Source: Fidelibacterota bacterium (GTDB lineage Bacteria; Fidelibacterota; Marinisomatia; SCGC-AAA003-L08; TS1B11). From it: a stretch of 60,478 nucleotides of DNA. The notes under the pieces were generated by a model. It ran no database searches. It worked only from the letters and a program-made list of their open reading frames with translations, and was not told the DNA's origin. A program made the position numbers and the translations under genes. Positions 48,285 to 58,812 of this stretch are shown here, one piece after another. Position 1 is the first letter of the stretch. Each line of letters starts with the position of its first letter. The stretch spans positions 1 through 60,478 of the forward strand of contig JADFSS010000007.1 in NCBI GenBank assembly GCA_022560655.1. Reading direction: 5' to 3'.

Positions 48285-49475
48285 TTAATCCGCCCCCTCG
48301 TACAGTCCCCTCCACAGCTCCCGCTCCGCATCGGTGAAAGGCTCATCGCGACGACCCTTTACCAGCTCCATTGTGGTCAGGCAATTCTCCAGGTCATAGC
48401 GCTGTCCGCCGTCGCACCCCCAGGCAAATGACGGTACCACCTTAGGGGGCAAGGACTCACCGAACACGTTGGCCGCAACACCTACCCGAGTGCCAGTGTA
48501 GAACAGAGTGCCGATAGCGCTCTTGGCGTGATCGCCCATAAAGAGACCCACGAGGAGGGAGCCTGTGTTCACCAACTTTCCGTTCACGTTCACCTTCACT
48601 TCACTGTAGTTGTTCTTGAGGTCGCTAATTGTGGTGCCGGCACCTAAGTTTACCCACGATCCAAGGTAGGCGTGACCCAGAAAGCCGTCGTGCTGCTTGT
48701 TGCTATAGCCCTGCATGATGGTCTCCTCCACCTGGCCTCCCACCTTACACACAGGCCCCAGGATCACCTCAGCAAGGATGCTGCCCGGCTTGACCTGGCA
48801 CCCGGCTCCCAGGTAGCTGGGCCCGGCGATGACCACGTGTGAGGCGACGGCGGTGTTCTCCTCGATGATGACGGGGCCATTCCGCGTGTCCAGCACGGTG
48901 AAAGGGTCGAGAGTTACTCCTTTGCCAAGAAAGACCCCGCCGTTTCCCAGCACTTTCACGCCTGGTGGCACAGGGATGGGGCTGCTGCGGTACCACAGGC
49001 CAAAATCTACGCTGAGCTGCTCACCCGTGGCCGCGATGTGGTCCCACAGGTAGCCCATTAGCCGAGGACCGCCAGCCTTGACGGGGCCGGGGCTCTCGCC
49101 GCCACCGGAGCGCAAACTCTCGTATAACGCCTGCGATTCACCGGCAGTGAGGTTGCCTCCGGTCATGCGCCCCTCGACTCCCACAGCGCCCAGATTCGCA
49201 CTTAGCTGCTTGAGTGCGGCCAAGTCCCACAGGGCGGCCCCGTTCATCCACAGGCCAACGCCAATTGGGTCAGGGTTGACTTTGAGGTCGGGATAGCGCT
49301 CCTGCACCACCGCTGCCAGCTGCGGGCGCACTACCAGCGCCAGAGGCTGGTCTCCCACCACCCGCCGGATGCGCTCCAGATGGGTCACCGCGCCGCAGCG
49401 CAGCTCGAACGTGGCCCGCGTCAGCGTGAGCGGTTCCAGGTTCAAGGCCTGTTGATCCTCGAAAACGTAGATCAT
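48285..49475 (-). CDS. Left-handed beta-helix (hexapeptide-repeat) protein; putative sugar-nucleotidyltransferase/acyltransferase-like
   Basis: The C-terminal half consists of hexapeptide repeats (VIAGPSYLGAGCQV, ILGPVCKVGGQV, VNLGAGTTIS...). Confidence 0.6.
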   Translation of the reverse strand: MIYVFEDQQALNLEPLTLTRATFELRCGAVTHLERIRRVVGDQPLALVVRPQLAAVVQERYPDLKVNPDPIGVGLWMNGAALWDLAALKQLSANLGAVGVEGRMTGGNLTAGESQALYESLRSGGGESPGPVKAGGPRLMGYLWDHIAATGEQLSVDFGLWYRSSPIPVPPGVKVLGNGGVFLGKGVTLDPFTVLDTRNGPVIIEENTAVASHVVIAGPSYLGAGCQVKPGSILAEVILGPVCKVGGQVEETIMQGYSNKQHDGFLGHAYLGSWVNLGAGTTISDLKNNYSEVKVNVNGKLVNTGSLLVGLFMGDHAKSAIGTLFYTGTRVGVAANVFGESLPPKVVPSFAWGCDGGQRYDLENCLTTMELVKGRRDEPFTDAERELWRGLYEGAD

Positions 49476-49526
49476 TAATTGGGCCCTTTTTGGATAGCGG
49501 CAGCAGCGGGTTGGTGAGCGGCCCGG

Positions 49527-50054
49527 TTAACCCAAATCACACAATTTGAGCATCTGGGCGTATGATTTCCTCAGCCGACCGTTGGATCGTGGATGAATTT
49601 GGATGTTGTAAAGTGTGTCAGCAAATGGGCCTGCAAATCCGATGCGTCGCGGTGTTTCAATCACGCTGATAACCCTGGCTAATTGGACGTTAAGTTCAGG
49701 CTCCAGATTAACCACCGCCTCGAAGGTCTCACGGCGGAAGCGGGCCAGCATTACATCCAGATCAAACACGGGCGGACTTTGCTGCAGCAGGGGATAGTAA
49801 AAGACTACTTCTCTGGGGCCACTCAGGTCGTCTCGAAAGGTATCTGCCACAGCCACACGGATCAGGTCGCGCTTCACGTGCTGCATGAGCTTCTTGAAGA
49901 GGAATCTGCTGGCCTCAATGTGTTCCTTTTGCAAAGGGAACATGAACAGCAGGTTCCTGGGTTGGGGCTGCCGGAGAGAAAACTCAATCCCCCGCGGTGC
50001 CGACGTAATATAGCCCAAGGCCTTGTAGAGTCGAAATCGGGTGGTCATTATCAT
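49527..50054 (-). CDS. Hypothetical protein (175 aa)
   Basis: ATG ORF with high GC3 and no recognisable motif. It sits upstream of the LbH gene on the same strand. Confidence 0.4.
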   Translation of the reverse strand: MIMTTRFRLYKALGYITSAPRGIEFSLRQPQPRNLLFMFPLQKEHIEASRFLFKKLMQHVKRDLIRVAVADTFRDDLSGPREVVFYYPLLQQSPPVFDLDVMLARFRRETFEAVVNLEPELNVQLARVISVIETPRRIGFAGPFADTLYNIQIHPRSNGRLRKSYAQMLKLCDLG

Positions 50055-50211
50055 GGTGGTGCTGGTCAGGCGGGCCGCCTAATTTACCTCTCAGCACACC
50101 GGCATGCACATGGAAAGCGATCACAGCAGCCCAAGGCGACGCACATGCCTCACTCCAGATTATCCCAACCGGGGAGGCGGCTCTGTTTTAACTTTCCGCT
50201 CCGTGAAACCA

Positions 50212-52476
50212 ATGCCTCAGATTCACCGGCTCACCTTACTGGGTCTATTATTGCTGGCCACTACCGCTGGTGGACAGACCTACCACTGGCCCACCGAGGC
50301 CAGCGACCGCATCACAGCCACCTTTGGTGCTATGCGTCACCGCCGCTACCACGCCGGCCTGGACATATCCACCAAGGGCATCACGGGCTACGAGGTCTAC
50401 GCTATTGAGGACGGCTACGTGGAACGGCTGCTGGTTGGCGTTAACGGCTATGGCAAGGTGCTCTACGTGCGACTCAAAGACCGGCGTGTAGGAGTATATG
50501 CCCACCTGCAGAAGTTTTCCCGGCGGCTGGAGCAGCAGGTTAGATTCCTGCAGGAACGGCAGGGGACGTATGCCCTGGACCTGCGTTTCCAGCGCACCGA
50601 AAATCCCGTCAGGCGAGGTGACCTCATCGGCTATACTGGTGACACCGGCACCATTTCCGGGCCGCACTTGCATTTCGAACTGCGCGATGCCCGTAACCGT
50701 CCTCTTAACCCCCTGGTCAATGGGTTCGAGTTTGATGATGATGTCCCGCCGGAGTTCGTCTCCCTAGCCGTAATCCCCCTCGGGACCGAAACGGTGGCCC
50801 ACGGCAGCCCCCTCCCTACAGTGCTCACCGCACGCAGAGTGCGGCCCCGGCGTTATGTTATCCGTGACACCATTGCCGTGAACGGTCCCTTTGGACTGGC
50901 TGTAGAAGCCCACGACCGATTGCCCCAGTCGAGATATCAACCCACCGTATACGGGCTGAGCCTCACTGTGGATGGCGCCCGGCACTACAGCGTCCAGTTT
51001 GACCGTTTTCGGTTTGCGGAGGGCCCCCTGGTGGAACTGGAGCGGGACCACAGCCAATGGCGCAGCAGCCGGGCCGACTTCCACCGGCTCTTTACAAGCC
51101 CCCACAGCGACTCACTTTCGTTTGTCCGCGAGAACTCCCGGGGTATCATGGAGCTGTCCCCGGGCTATCACCGATTCACCGTTAAGATCTGGGACAAAGT
51201 GTACAACGTTGCCACCCTCACCGGTGTCCTGGCCTACACCCCACCCACCCGGCTCAAGGCGGCGGCAGCCTGGTCGCGCCGTGACAAAGGGTGGGTGGTC
51301 ACATTGGACGCCAGCACACCCCTGCGGGCCTATCACGCGTTCATCTTCAACAAGCGCGGGGAGCAGCTGGAGAGGTTCAGCCACAGCCTCAGCCAGCCAT
51401 TGAAGCGGCGGCAGCGGTTTGTCGTGCCCGGCCGGGCAAGCACCGGTCGGATCGTACAGATCGTCGGCGTCGACCGCTGGGGCGCCCGGCTGGAACCGGT
51501 CCACGTAAGCCTCATGGCAAGCGAGGATCTGGCCCGGCAGCGCCAGTTTACACTCCAGACCCAGCACCTGGACAGCGGCGTCATATTCCAAATTACCAGC
51601 GACCTCTACCTGCCCACCGCACCGGAGATGCTCCTGCGGACCAATAGAGGAGTCCACCGGTATGCAACCCGCATGGTAAGCCCCGTGGCTTATCTGTCCC
51701 CCACTTTCCACCTTGCCCAATTGGAAGGACTGGAGGAGGTCATCGTCCGCGTCGATCTAAGCCCACCCTACGAGGTACGCATGCCCACTGTCAGCAAGGT
51801 GGCAATTCCCACGGAGCGGGGCCAGCTGGCCGACCCGGGAGGGAACTTTGTTGTGGATTTCCGGCCCGGCACATTTTACGACAGCACATTCGTGTGGTTG
51901 TCCCAGGCGGATGTGAAGCCACCCCGGGGCGCTCGCATGGTGGTGCTGCCTATCGCTGTGGAGCCGTTCACCCGGCCGTTCAAGGGCCCCATGCGCCTGC
52001 AGTTCACCGTCCCTGGTAACCGCCTCCTGCCAGAGCATGCCGGCATTTTTTATCTGGACGCTGAAGACGGCTGGGAGTTCATGGACCCTGCTGGCTCGCA
52101 CACACGTGCTGAGCTGGTAGCCTCCCGCACCTATCGCACCCTCAGTTCAAGTGGCGAAATTTTTGCCCTGCTGGAGGAAAACGACCCTCCCCACATCCAG
52201 TTCCGCGAGCCGGATGCAGGCGCCACATACAGGCGGGCCGACCTGCAACGCATTCGCATCAATGTCGAAGATACCGTGACGGGCATCGCCGACGAGACGG
52301 CCATTTCGCTCACACTGGATGGCATGCCCCGCATATTTGAATATAATACGTTGCGAAACCTAGTCACTTACGTGCCGCCCAGGCCGCTGTCACCCGGTCG
52401 GCATCACATGGTCGTAACCGCTACGGATCAGCTGGGCAACACCGCCACTCACGCAATCGAGTTCTTCATCCAGTAA
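50212..52476 (+). CDS. M23-family metallopeptidase (LytM-type) with ~550-aa C-terminal extension; secreted
   Basis: Signal peptide MPQIHRLTLLGLLLLATTAGGQ. M23 motifs H...D (RYHAGLDIS) and GDTGTISGPHLHFELR. ATG 50212 is in frame inside the longer tracked ORF. Confidence 0.75.
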   Translation: MPQIHRLTLLGLLLLATTAGGQTYHWPTEASDRITATFGAMRHRRYHAGLDISTKGITGYEVYAIEDGYVERLLVGVNGYGKVLYVRLKDRRVGVYAHLQKFSRRLEQQVRFLQERQGTYALDLRFQRTENPVRRGDLIGYTGDTGTISGPHLHFELRDARNRPLNPLVNGFEFDDDVPPEFVSLAVIPLGTETVAHGSPLPTVLTARRVRPRRYVIRDTIAVNGPFGLAVEAHDRLPQSRYQPTVYGLSLTVDGARHYSVQFDRFRFAEGPLVELERDHSQWRSSRADFHRLFTSPHSDSLSFVRENSRGIMELSPGYHRFTVKIWDKVYNVATLTGVLAYTPPTRLKAAAAWSRRDKGWVVTLDASTPLRAYHAFIFNKRGEQLERFSHSLSQPLKRRQRFVVPGRASTGRIVQIVGVDRWGARLEPVHVSLMASEDLARQRQFTLQTQHLDSGVIFQITSDLYLPTAPEMLLRTNRGVHRYATRMVSPVAYLSPTFHLAQLEGLEEVIVRVDLSPPYEVRMPTVSKVAIPTERGQLADPGGNFVVDFRPGTFYDSTFVWLSQADVKPPRGARMVVLPIAVEPFTRPFKGPMRLQFTVPGNRLLPEHAGIFYLDAEDGWEFMDPAGSHTRAELVASRTYRTLSSSGEIFALLEENDPPHIQFREPDAGATYRRADLQRIRINVEDTVTGIADETAISLTLDGMPRIFEYNTLRNLVTYVPPRPLSPGRHHMVVTATDQLGNTATHAIEFFIQ

Positions 52477-53240
52477 TGTTTTTTCCCTACCGCGACGATA
52501 ACCCGCAGATATTGGTGCCCTATGTCACGTATGGCATACTGGTGGTGAATGTGCTGATATTCCTCTATCAATCGCTACTGCCCGGCCCCATCGCCCAGCA
52601 TGCCTTTGCTCTACGCTACGGCATCATTCCGGCTCACTTGTGGGGTGGCGATACGCTCTCAATCCTCGCTTACAACCAAGAGCTCCTTAGTGAAATCTAT
52701 ATCCATTTGAACGCAAGCTCTTTGATGGACGTGCAGCTCCTGCCCGGTGCTCTAACCATCATCACCTCCACCTTTCTCCACGGCGGATGGTTTCACATCA
52801 TCGGCAACATGCTGTTCCTTTACGTCTTCGCAGATAACGTTGAGGGAGCTCTCGGGCACCGGCAGTTTGCGCTGTTTTATCTGTTGGCAGCCTTGGCCTC
52901 CGGCCTGCTGCAGGCGGCTGTCCTCCCCGAGAGTCAGGTAGTTGTAGTAGGCGCCAGCGGGGCCATCGCCGGCGTACTGGGAGGCTACCTGGTGCGCTAT
53001 CCCAAGGCACGCGTTCATGTGCTGGTGTTCCTCGTCTTTTTCGTGACCACCATCCGACTGCCGGCGGCGGTGGTACTAGGCTTCTGGTTCCTGATGCAGG
53101 CCATCTCGGGGCTGGGCAGCTTGAGTGACCCAGCGTCGGGCGGCGTTGCCTGGTTCGGTCATATTGGCGGATTTCTGGCCGGTTTTTCCTACATGGGAAT
53201 CACCCGTCTGGGCCGTAAATTTACATTTAAGCATGATTGA
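52476..53240 (+). CDS. Rhomboid-family intramembrane serine protease
   Basis: Six transmembrane helices with catalytic GASGAIAG (Ser) and GHIGGFLAG (His). The ATG overlaps the M23 stop (TAATG). Confidence 0.8.
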   Translation: MFFPYRDDNPQILVPYVTYGILVVNVLIFLYQSLLPGPIAQHAFALRYGIIPAHLWGGDTLSILAYNQELLSEIYIHLNASSLMDVQLLPGALTIITSTFLHGGWFHIIGNMLFLYVFADNVEGALGHRQFALFYLLAALASGLLQAAVLPESQVVVVGASGAIAGVLGGYLVRYPKARVHVLVFLVFFVTTIRLPAAVVLGFWFLMQAISGLGSLSDPASGGVAWFGHIGGFLAGFSYMGITRLGRKFTFKHD

Positions 53241-53622
53241 TTTACAGGAGCTGATTCGGCAGGCACGCACTGCCCGGGAGCGGGCACGGGCGCCGTACAG
53301 TGGCTACCCAGTGGGGGCTGCCGTTCTTACAGCTGGTGGCTCCATCCATCTGGGGTGCAATGTGGAATCCGGCGCATTTTCCACCACGATCTGCGCTGAG
53401 CGCGTGGCCATTTTTGCCGCCCTTGCCGCTGGTGAACATACCTTCCAGGCCCTGGCGGTGGTCTCCCGCGACGGCGCCACACCCTGTGGTGCCTGCCGGC
53501 AGGTGATCCACGAACAGTGCGGCGAGATTCCCATTCACGTCGTCGGCGACGAAGATACTTCCAGCGCCCAGTTCACAACTTCCCAACTGTTGCCCAATCC
53601 TTTTGATTTCGAGCAGACCTGA
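53233..53622 (+). CDS. cdd: Cytidine deaminase
   Basis: Zinc-binding CAER and PCGACRQ motifs. ATG 53233 overlaps the rhomboid stop. Confidence 0.8.
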   Translation: MIDLQELIRQARTARERARAPYSGYPVGAAVLTAGGSIHLGCNVESGAFSTTICAERVAIFAALAAGEHTFQALAVVSRDGATPCGACRQVIHEQCGEIPIHVVGDEDTSSAQFTTSQLLPNPFDFEQT

Positions 53623-54271
53623 GTCCAGGGCCATTCTTCTGGGCATCGCCGGTGGAACCGGGTCTGGCAAGACCTCCATTACCGAGGCCCTCATGAAAGA
53701 GCTGGGCCGCGAGGAGGTCGTAGCGCTGGAACAGGACGCCTACTATCACGATCTGAGCCACCTGCAGCCCGCTGAACGGGCCCGCATTAACTTTGACCAC
53801 CCTGATTCGGTGGACTTCAAACGCATGCGCCAGGACCTGAAGGCGCTGCTGAAGGGCAAATCGGTGGACGTGCCCATCTACGACTACACTGCCCACTCGC
53901 GCAAGCCCGAGACTCGCCACATCAGCGGACATCGCGTTATCATTCTGGAAGGCATCCTCGTTCTCACCGACCCGGACGTACGCGAGCTCATGGATATCAA
54001 GATCTACGTCGAGACCGCAGCTGATGTGCGCTTCATCCGCCGGATGATGCGAGACGTCAAAACACGGAACCGCTCCTTTGAATCGGTAGTTGATCAATAT
54101 TACAAGACTGTGCGCCCCATGCATGCCCAGTTTGTGGAGCCCACCAAACGCTACGCAGATATCATCATTCCCGAGGGCGGCCAAAATCGTGTGGCCATTG
54201 ACATTCTCACCACCAAAATTCTCGCCCTGCTGGGTGAGGGCATGCCAACCGGTAAAGTTATTGCTCCATGA
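53603..54271 (+). CDS. udk: Uridine kinase
   Basis: P-loop [12 protein letters not shown] and full Udk-like length and blocks (DHPDS.DF, ILEGIL). Confidence 0.85.
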   Translation: MISSRPESRAILLGIAGGTGSGKTSITEALMKELGREEVVALEQDAYYHDLSHLQPAERARINFDHPDSVDFKRMRQDLKALLKGKSVDVPIYDYTAHSRKPETRHISGHRVIILEGILVLTDPDVRELMDIKIYVETAADVRFIRRMMRDVKTRNRSFESVVDQYYKTVRPMHAQFVEPTKRYADIIIPEGGQNRVAIDILTTKILALLGEGMPTGKVIAP

Positions 54272-54858
54272 CCCGCCGCGCCCAACATGGCCCTGCCGAG
54301 CACGGACCCGCCGGGCATGGCGGTTGGATCGAGCTCATCAGCGGCAGCATGTTCAGCGGTAAAAGCGAGGAGCTTATCCGGCGACTCCGACGGGCCCAAA
54401 TCGCCCGGCAGTCCGTGGCCATATTCAAGCCCAGGATGGATGACCGCTACAGCGCCGACGAGATCGTCAGCCATAGCCAGCTGCGCATACCTTCAACCCC
54501 GGTGGATACCGCTGACGAAATCCTGCGGCATGCCCATGAGGCCGACGTCATCGGCGTGGATGAGGCCCAGTTTTTTACCGACGACATTGTGGCGGTGGTC
54601 AAAAATCTGGCGGAGCAGGGCAAGCGGGTCGTTGTGGCGGGCCTTGACAAGGACTTCCGCGGGCAGCCCTTTGGCGCTATCCCCCAACTCATGGCAGAAG
54701 CGGAATACGTCACCAAAACCCTGGCTATCTGCATGCGCTGCGGAGAACCGGCCAACTTCACCCAGCGGCTGACCCAGGACAACCGCCAGATCCTCATCGG
54801 CGAGACCGATATTTACGAGGCCCGCTGCCGCAGCTGCTTCGAGCCACCGGAGGACTAA
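54268..54858 (+). CDS. tdk: Thymidine kinase
   Basis: P-loop [17 protein letters not shown], and a C-terminal zinc ribbon CMRCG...CRSC. Confidence 0.85.
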   Translation: MTRRAQHGPAEHGPAGHGGWIELISGSMFSGKSEELIRRLRRAQIARQSVAIFKPRMDDRYSADEIVSHSQLRIPSTPVDTADEILRHAHEADVIGVDEAQFFTDDIVAVVKNLAEQGKRVVVAGLDKDFRGQPFGAIPQLMAEAEYVTKTLAICMRCGEPANFTQRLTQDNRQILIGETDIYEARCRSCFEPPED

Positions 54859-56096
54859 TGGGACGCTTTACCGGCATCATCGGAATGTTCGTCTTGCTGG
54901 GCCTGGCCCTGGCCATGTCCAACAACCGCAAGGCCATCAATCTGCGCCTGGTGGGCTGGGGTCTCGGGCTGCAGCTGATCTTTGCCCTGTTCATTTTGAA
55001 GTCGCCCATCGGCCAGCCTTTCTTCAGTCTCGTGGATAAGTTGATCCGTCAGCTGCTGGCCTACTCCGATGCTGGGAGCGACTTTCTGTTCAAGTCCTTC
55101 AGTGGCGGGGTCGTCGAGGCGCCCCTGCTGAATTTTGCCTTCCGGGTGCTGCCCACCATCATCTTCTTCTCGTCGCTCATGGCCCTGATGTACCATCTCG
55201 GTATCATGCAGCGAGCCATTAAGGGTATCGCCCGGATCATGCAGAGGACCATGGGCACCAGCGGCGCCGAGACGCTGAGTGTCTCCGCCAATATCTTCGT
55301 GGGACAGACGGAGGCGCCACTCATGGTTCGCCCGTTCATAGAGGGCATGACCCGCTCGGAGCTCACCGCCGTAATGGTCGGCGGCTATGCCACCGTTGCC
55401 GGTGGGGTCATGGCCATCTATGTGAAAATGCTGCCCGATGTCCCCGGTATTGCCGGCCACCTTATGGCCGCGTCGATCATGAGTGCCCCGGCGGCCTTGG
55501 TCATGGCGAAGATCATCTATCCTGAGACCGAGAAACCCCAGACCCTCGGGGAGTTGAAAATCAGTGTGAAAAAAGTGGATGATAACGCCATGGAGGCATT
55601 GGCACGGGGCGCCACCGATGGGCTCAAGCTGGCTGCCAATGTGGGGGCCATGCTCATCGCTTTCGTGGCTATGGTGGCCCTGATTAACGGGGTGCTGGGA
55701 CTTGCCGGCGGGGTGCTGGGACTTGACGGCCTCACGCTTCAGGGGATATTAGGCTACATATTCAGTCCGCTGGCATGGACGATGGGAGTACCCTGGAGTG
55801 ACGCGCACATGCTGGGGACGCTTATGGGCGAAAAACTGGTGCTCACCGAGCTCATCGCTTACGGCGACCTAGGCGCGCTACGTGCCGAAAATGCCATCTC
55901 CGATCGCGCCGCCATCATCGCCAGCTATGCGCTCTGCGGCTTTGCCAACTTCGCCTCCATCGGTATTCAACTCGGCGGCATTGGCGGCATTGCCCCCTCC
56001 CGCCGAAAGGATCTGGCCAAAATTGTATTCAAAGCCATGCTCGGCGGAGCACTGGCCTCCTGGCTCACCGCCTCCCTCGCCGGGATCCTTATCTAG
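54858..56096 (+). CDS. nupC: Concentrative nucleoside transporter (NupC/CNT family)
   Basis: 412-aa polytopic protein with the CNT-family architecture and conserved blocks (GQTEAPL, SAPAALVMAK). Confidence 0.8.
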   Translation: MGRFTGIIGMFVLLGLALAMSNNRKAINLRLVGWGLGLQLIFALFILKSPIGQPFFSLVDKLIRQLLAYSDAGSDFLFKSFSGGVVEAPLLNFAFRVLPTIIFFSSLMALMYHLGIMQRAIKGIARIMQRTMGTSGAETLSVSANIFVGQTEAPLMVRPFIEGMTRSELTAVMVGGYATVAGGVMAIYVKMLPDVPGIAGHLMAASIMSAPAALVMAKIIYPETEKPQTLGELKISVKKVDDNAMEALARGATDGLKLAANVGAMLIAFVAMVALINGVLGLAGGVLGLDGLTLQGILGYIFSPLAWTMGVPWSDAHMLGTLMGEKLVLTELIAYGDLGALRAENAISDRAAIIASYALCGFANFASIGIQLGGIGGIAPSRRKDLAKIVFKAMLGGALASWLTASLAGILI

Positions 56097-56098
56097 CA

Positions 56099-56752
56099 GT
56101 GCGTCTGATCCTTATGGGGCCTCCCGGTGTGGGCAAGGGCACCCAGTCACGACTCATTTCAGAGCACTTCAGCGTCCCGCAGGTTTCTACCGGCGACATG
56201 CTCCGGGACCACATCCGCGACGGTACTGACCTGGGCAGGCAGACCCAGAAAACGCTGGCGGAGGGAAAACTTATCCCCGATGACATCATCCTGGACATGG
56301 TCAAAACCAGACTCAGCGACGACGAAGCCGCCAACGGATTCATCTTGGACGGGTTTCCCCGCACGGTGCCGCAGGGGATGGGGCTCGGCGTCATCCTGGA
56401 GCGTCTGGCCGTGGCCCTGAATGCCATTATCGTCATTGACGTCAAGGAGGATGTGCTCCTTCACCGCCTCACCGCCCGCCGCACCTGCACCCAATGTGGC
56501 GCCGTCTACAATCTGGTGATTCAGCCACCTCAGATCATGGGGGTCTGCGATCGATGCGGCGGCAAAGAGCTGGTCCAACGAGACGATGACAAGCCCGCGA
56601 CCATTAGGAAGCGGTTGATAACTTACCGCCAGCAGACCCTGCCACTGCTCTCATATTACCGGCCTACTGGGCTGATCGCCGAGGTGAATGGGGAGGGCTC
56701 AGCAGGCGAGGTCTTTCAGCAGATTCTGGCGGTTTTGCCGGAGCCATCCTGA
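56099..56752 (+). CDS. adk: Adenylate kinase (zinc-lid type)
   Basis: GPPGVGKGTQ P-loop, and a lid with CTQCG...CDRCG. Confidence 0.9.
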   Translation: MRLILMGPPGVGKGTQSRLISEHFSVPQVSTGDMLRDHIRDGTDLGRQTQKTLAEGKLIPDDIILDMVKTRLSDDEAANGFILDGFPRTVPQGMGLGVILERLAVALNAIIVIDVKEDVLLHRLTARRTCTQCGAVYNLVIQPPQIMGVCDRCGGKELVQRDDDKPATIRKRLITYRQQTLPLLSYYRPTGLIAEVNGEGSAGEVFQQILAVLPEPS

Positions 56753-56806
56753 CGCTCTGAAGCAGACGCGCCCCATGCCGGCAGCAGACAGACCGCCCGC
56801 CGCAAT

Positions 56807-57412
56807 ATGTTGACGCTGGGTATCACAGGGGGCATCGGCTCAGGCAAATCCACAGCCGCACGCTTCTTTGCCGACCGCGGAGCCCGTCTGTTCGACGCCG
56901 ATGTGGAGGCCAAACAGATCCTGATGAACGATAGGGATGTTAGCCGCGCAGTGCAAGCTGCCTTCGGCGAAGCCGTGCTCAACGATACGGGCGCCATCGA
57001 TGTCCACCGTCTGGCCGCCGCCAGTTTTGCCACCCCCGAGGCCCAGCAACGCCTCAACGCCATCATTCATCCGCAGGTTATTGCTGCCTCTGACCGTGGG
57101 ATTGCGACTGCTCGCAGGGAGGGGGTGGCCCTGTATGTGCTGGATGTGCCCCTGCTCTTTGAGGCCCACATGGAGCTGGGGCTGGACCTGACACTCGTGG
57201 TGGTGGCCGACGAAGCCCTACGCTTTCAGCGGGCCCTGGCCAGGGGGAACCTCACGGAGAACGACTTACGGCGGCGGGCTACTCTGCAATTGACCGATGA
57301 GGAGCGCCGTGCACAAGCCGATCACATCATTGACAACAACGGAACACTGGATGATTTGAACCGCCAACTCCAACGGCTCTTCGACACGCTCATGATGGGG
57401 CCCGAATCCTAG
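56807..57412 (+). CDS. coaE: Dephospho-CoA kinase
   Basis: GITGGIGSGKST P-loop and CoaE-length conservation. Confidence 0.85.
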   Translation: MLTLGITGGIGSGKSTAARFFADRGARLFDADVEAKQILMNDRDVSRAVQAAFGEAVLNDTGAIDVHRLAAASFATPEAQQRLNAIIHPQVIAASDRGIATARREGVALYVLDVPLLFEAHMELGLDLTLVVVADEALRFQRALARGNLTENDLRRRATLQLTDEERRAQADHIIDNNGTLDDLNRQLQRLFDTLMMGPES

Positions 57413-57534
57413 ATCTCTCCACCTCTAGCCGCACCGCGGGCACACTTCCGCCACCCCTGACCAAGAATGACCTTGCCAGCAGGTCGGAGGCGGAGGGAAG
57501 GGCAGTTGAAGTCTACGATCGCGACCCTAACCTG

Positions 57535-58188
57535 GTGGCCCGCCTGGATGCCCGCCAGGGTCCTGTGGTGATCAAATGGTTCGGCTGGCGCAACAGGCTG
57601 CAGGGCACGCTGAGCCCGTTTGCACGGGGACGTGCCTGGACGAGCTGGGAAGTGGCCCAGGCCCTGCGACAGGCGGACGTTCGCACCCCAAAACCCCTTT
57701 ACGTCTTCGCCCAGCGGAGGCGAGGGGTTATCCGCGACAGTTTTTTCGTTGCTGCCGCTATCCACCCCCACCAGACCTTGCGCGACCTGCTGAAATCCGA
57801 CGCACCACAGGACCTCATGGAGCAGGCGGTATCCGACCTGGCCAAGAGCATCGCTCGCATGCACCGGGCCGGCATTTTTCACCGGGATCTGACCACCGGC
57901 AATTTCCTGGTGGATGGTGACGGGCTGGTTCACATCGTGGACCTCAACCGGGCCCGCCAAAGGCCTCGGCTGTCGCCCCGCCAGCGGCTGGTGGACCTGG
58001 CCCGGCTCAGCTTCGCTGCCCGCGACAGCGAGATCTCTCGCAGGCTGCGACACACATTTTTTCAGGTTTATGCCGCCGGGAATGACGCCCAAGTGGACTG
58101 GGAAGGCGGCTATGCCCGCTACCGGCGTCAGCGGTTGGCCCGCCGCCAGTGGAAATTGCGGCTGCGACGACTCCTAAACGGTAAATAG
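57535..58188 (+). CDS. Lipopolysaccharide kinase (Kdo/WaaP/InaA) family protein; N-terminus may extend upstream
   Basis: Kinase catalytic loop GIFHRDLTTGNFLV and DLNRA. The open frame continues upstream to 57430 without an obvious canonical start, so the N-terminus is uncertain. Confidence 0.55.
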   Translation: MARLDARQGPVVIKWFGWRNRLQGTLSPFARGRAWTSWEVAQALRQADVRTPKPLYVFAQRRRGVIRDSFFVAAAIHPHQTLRDLLKSDAPQDLMEQAVSDLAKSIARMHRAGIFHRDLTTGNFLVDGDGLVHIVDLNRARQRPRLSPRQRLVDLARLSFAARDSEISRRLRHTFFQVYAAGNDAQVDWEGGYARYRRQRLARRQWKLRLRRLLNGK

Positions 58189-58812
58189 ACAGAGACGCTG
58201 GCCGTGGAGGAACGGCAGCACGGCCCGCACCTGGACCAATTCGAGCCCGGCTGTGGCGGCCTCATACTCCAGATCACGCCGGGATAGCATGGTTATCCTG
58301 GACGGCTGCCGCACCATGCGCCGGTGCAGACGGTGCAGAGCAGTGTCCAGGTAGAGCGACGCCAGTACCCAGCGTCGGCTCACCCGTTTGTATTCCTCCA
58401 AAATAGCGATTCGTTCGTCCCGCTCATGGATGTGCTGCAGCAGGCGCAACGAGAAAACCACGTCGAAACTGTCGTCACGATACGGCAGCCCCTCGGCCCT
58501 GCCTGCAGCGGACGACTTCGCCAGACCCGGCGTGGAGCGCTGGTAAAGGAGCGCAAAGGTATTAGCGTCCAAGGCATGCACTTGGCCGAATTGGGCCAGC
58601 TGCGCCTGAAAGCGCCCGTAGCCAACGGGTGCATCCAGGATGGTGCCGCCCAAGCCGTGATCTGCGAAAAGTTTTGCCACCAGTCGCTGCTCCCGCCGGT
58701 GCAGCCAGCGCTGGTCCCAGTGGCGGTACCGCTTACGGGCGTAGCGCTCGACCTCCTGCAGGCTCTGCCAGGCCCTGTAGGCCAAGCTAGCGGATACCCC
58801 GGCGCAGGCCAC
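58174..58812 (-). CDS. Class I SAM-dependent methyltransferase
   Basis: Motif I ILDAPVGYGRF and motif II/III spacing. Convergent with the kinase gene, overlapping it by 15 nt. Confidence 0.6.
   Translation of the reverse strand: MACAGVSASLAYRAWQSLQEVERYARKRYRHWDQRWLHRREQRLVAKLFADHGLGGTILDAPVGYGRFQAQLAQFGQVHALDANTFALLYQRSTPGLAKSSAAGRAEGLPYRDDSFDVVFSLRLLQHIHERDERIAILEEYKRVSRRWVLASLYLDTALHRLHRRMVRQPSRITMLSRRDLEYEAATAGLELVQVRAVLPFLHGQRLCLFTV

Noticed and set aside
57430-57534. Alternative upstream start for the LPS-kinase-like gene
   Set aside because: The frame is open back to 57430, but it contains no ATG, GTG or TTG; the only in-frame candidate is a rare CTG at 57457. The tracked GTG at 57535 was kept, and the uncertainty is noted.
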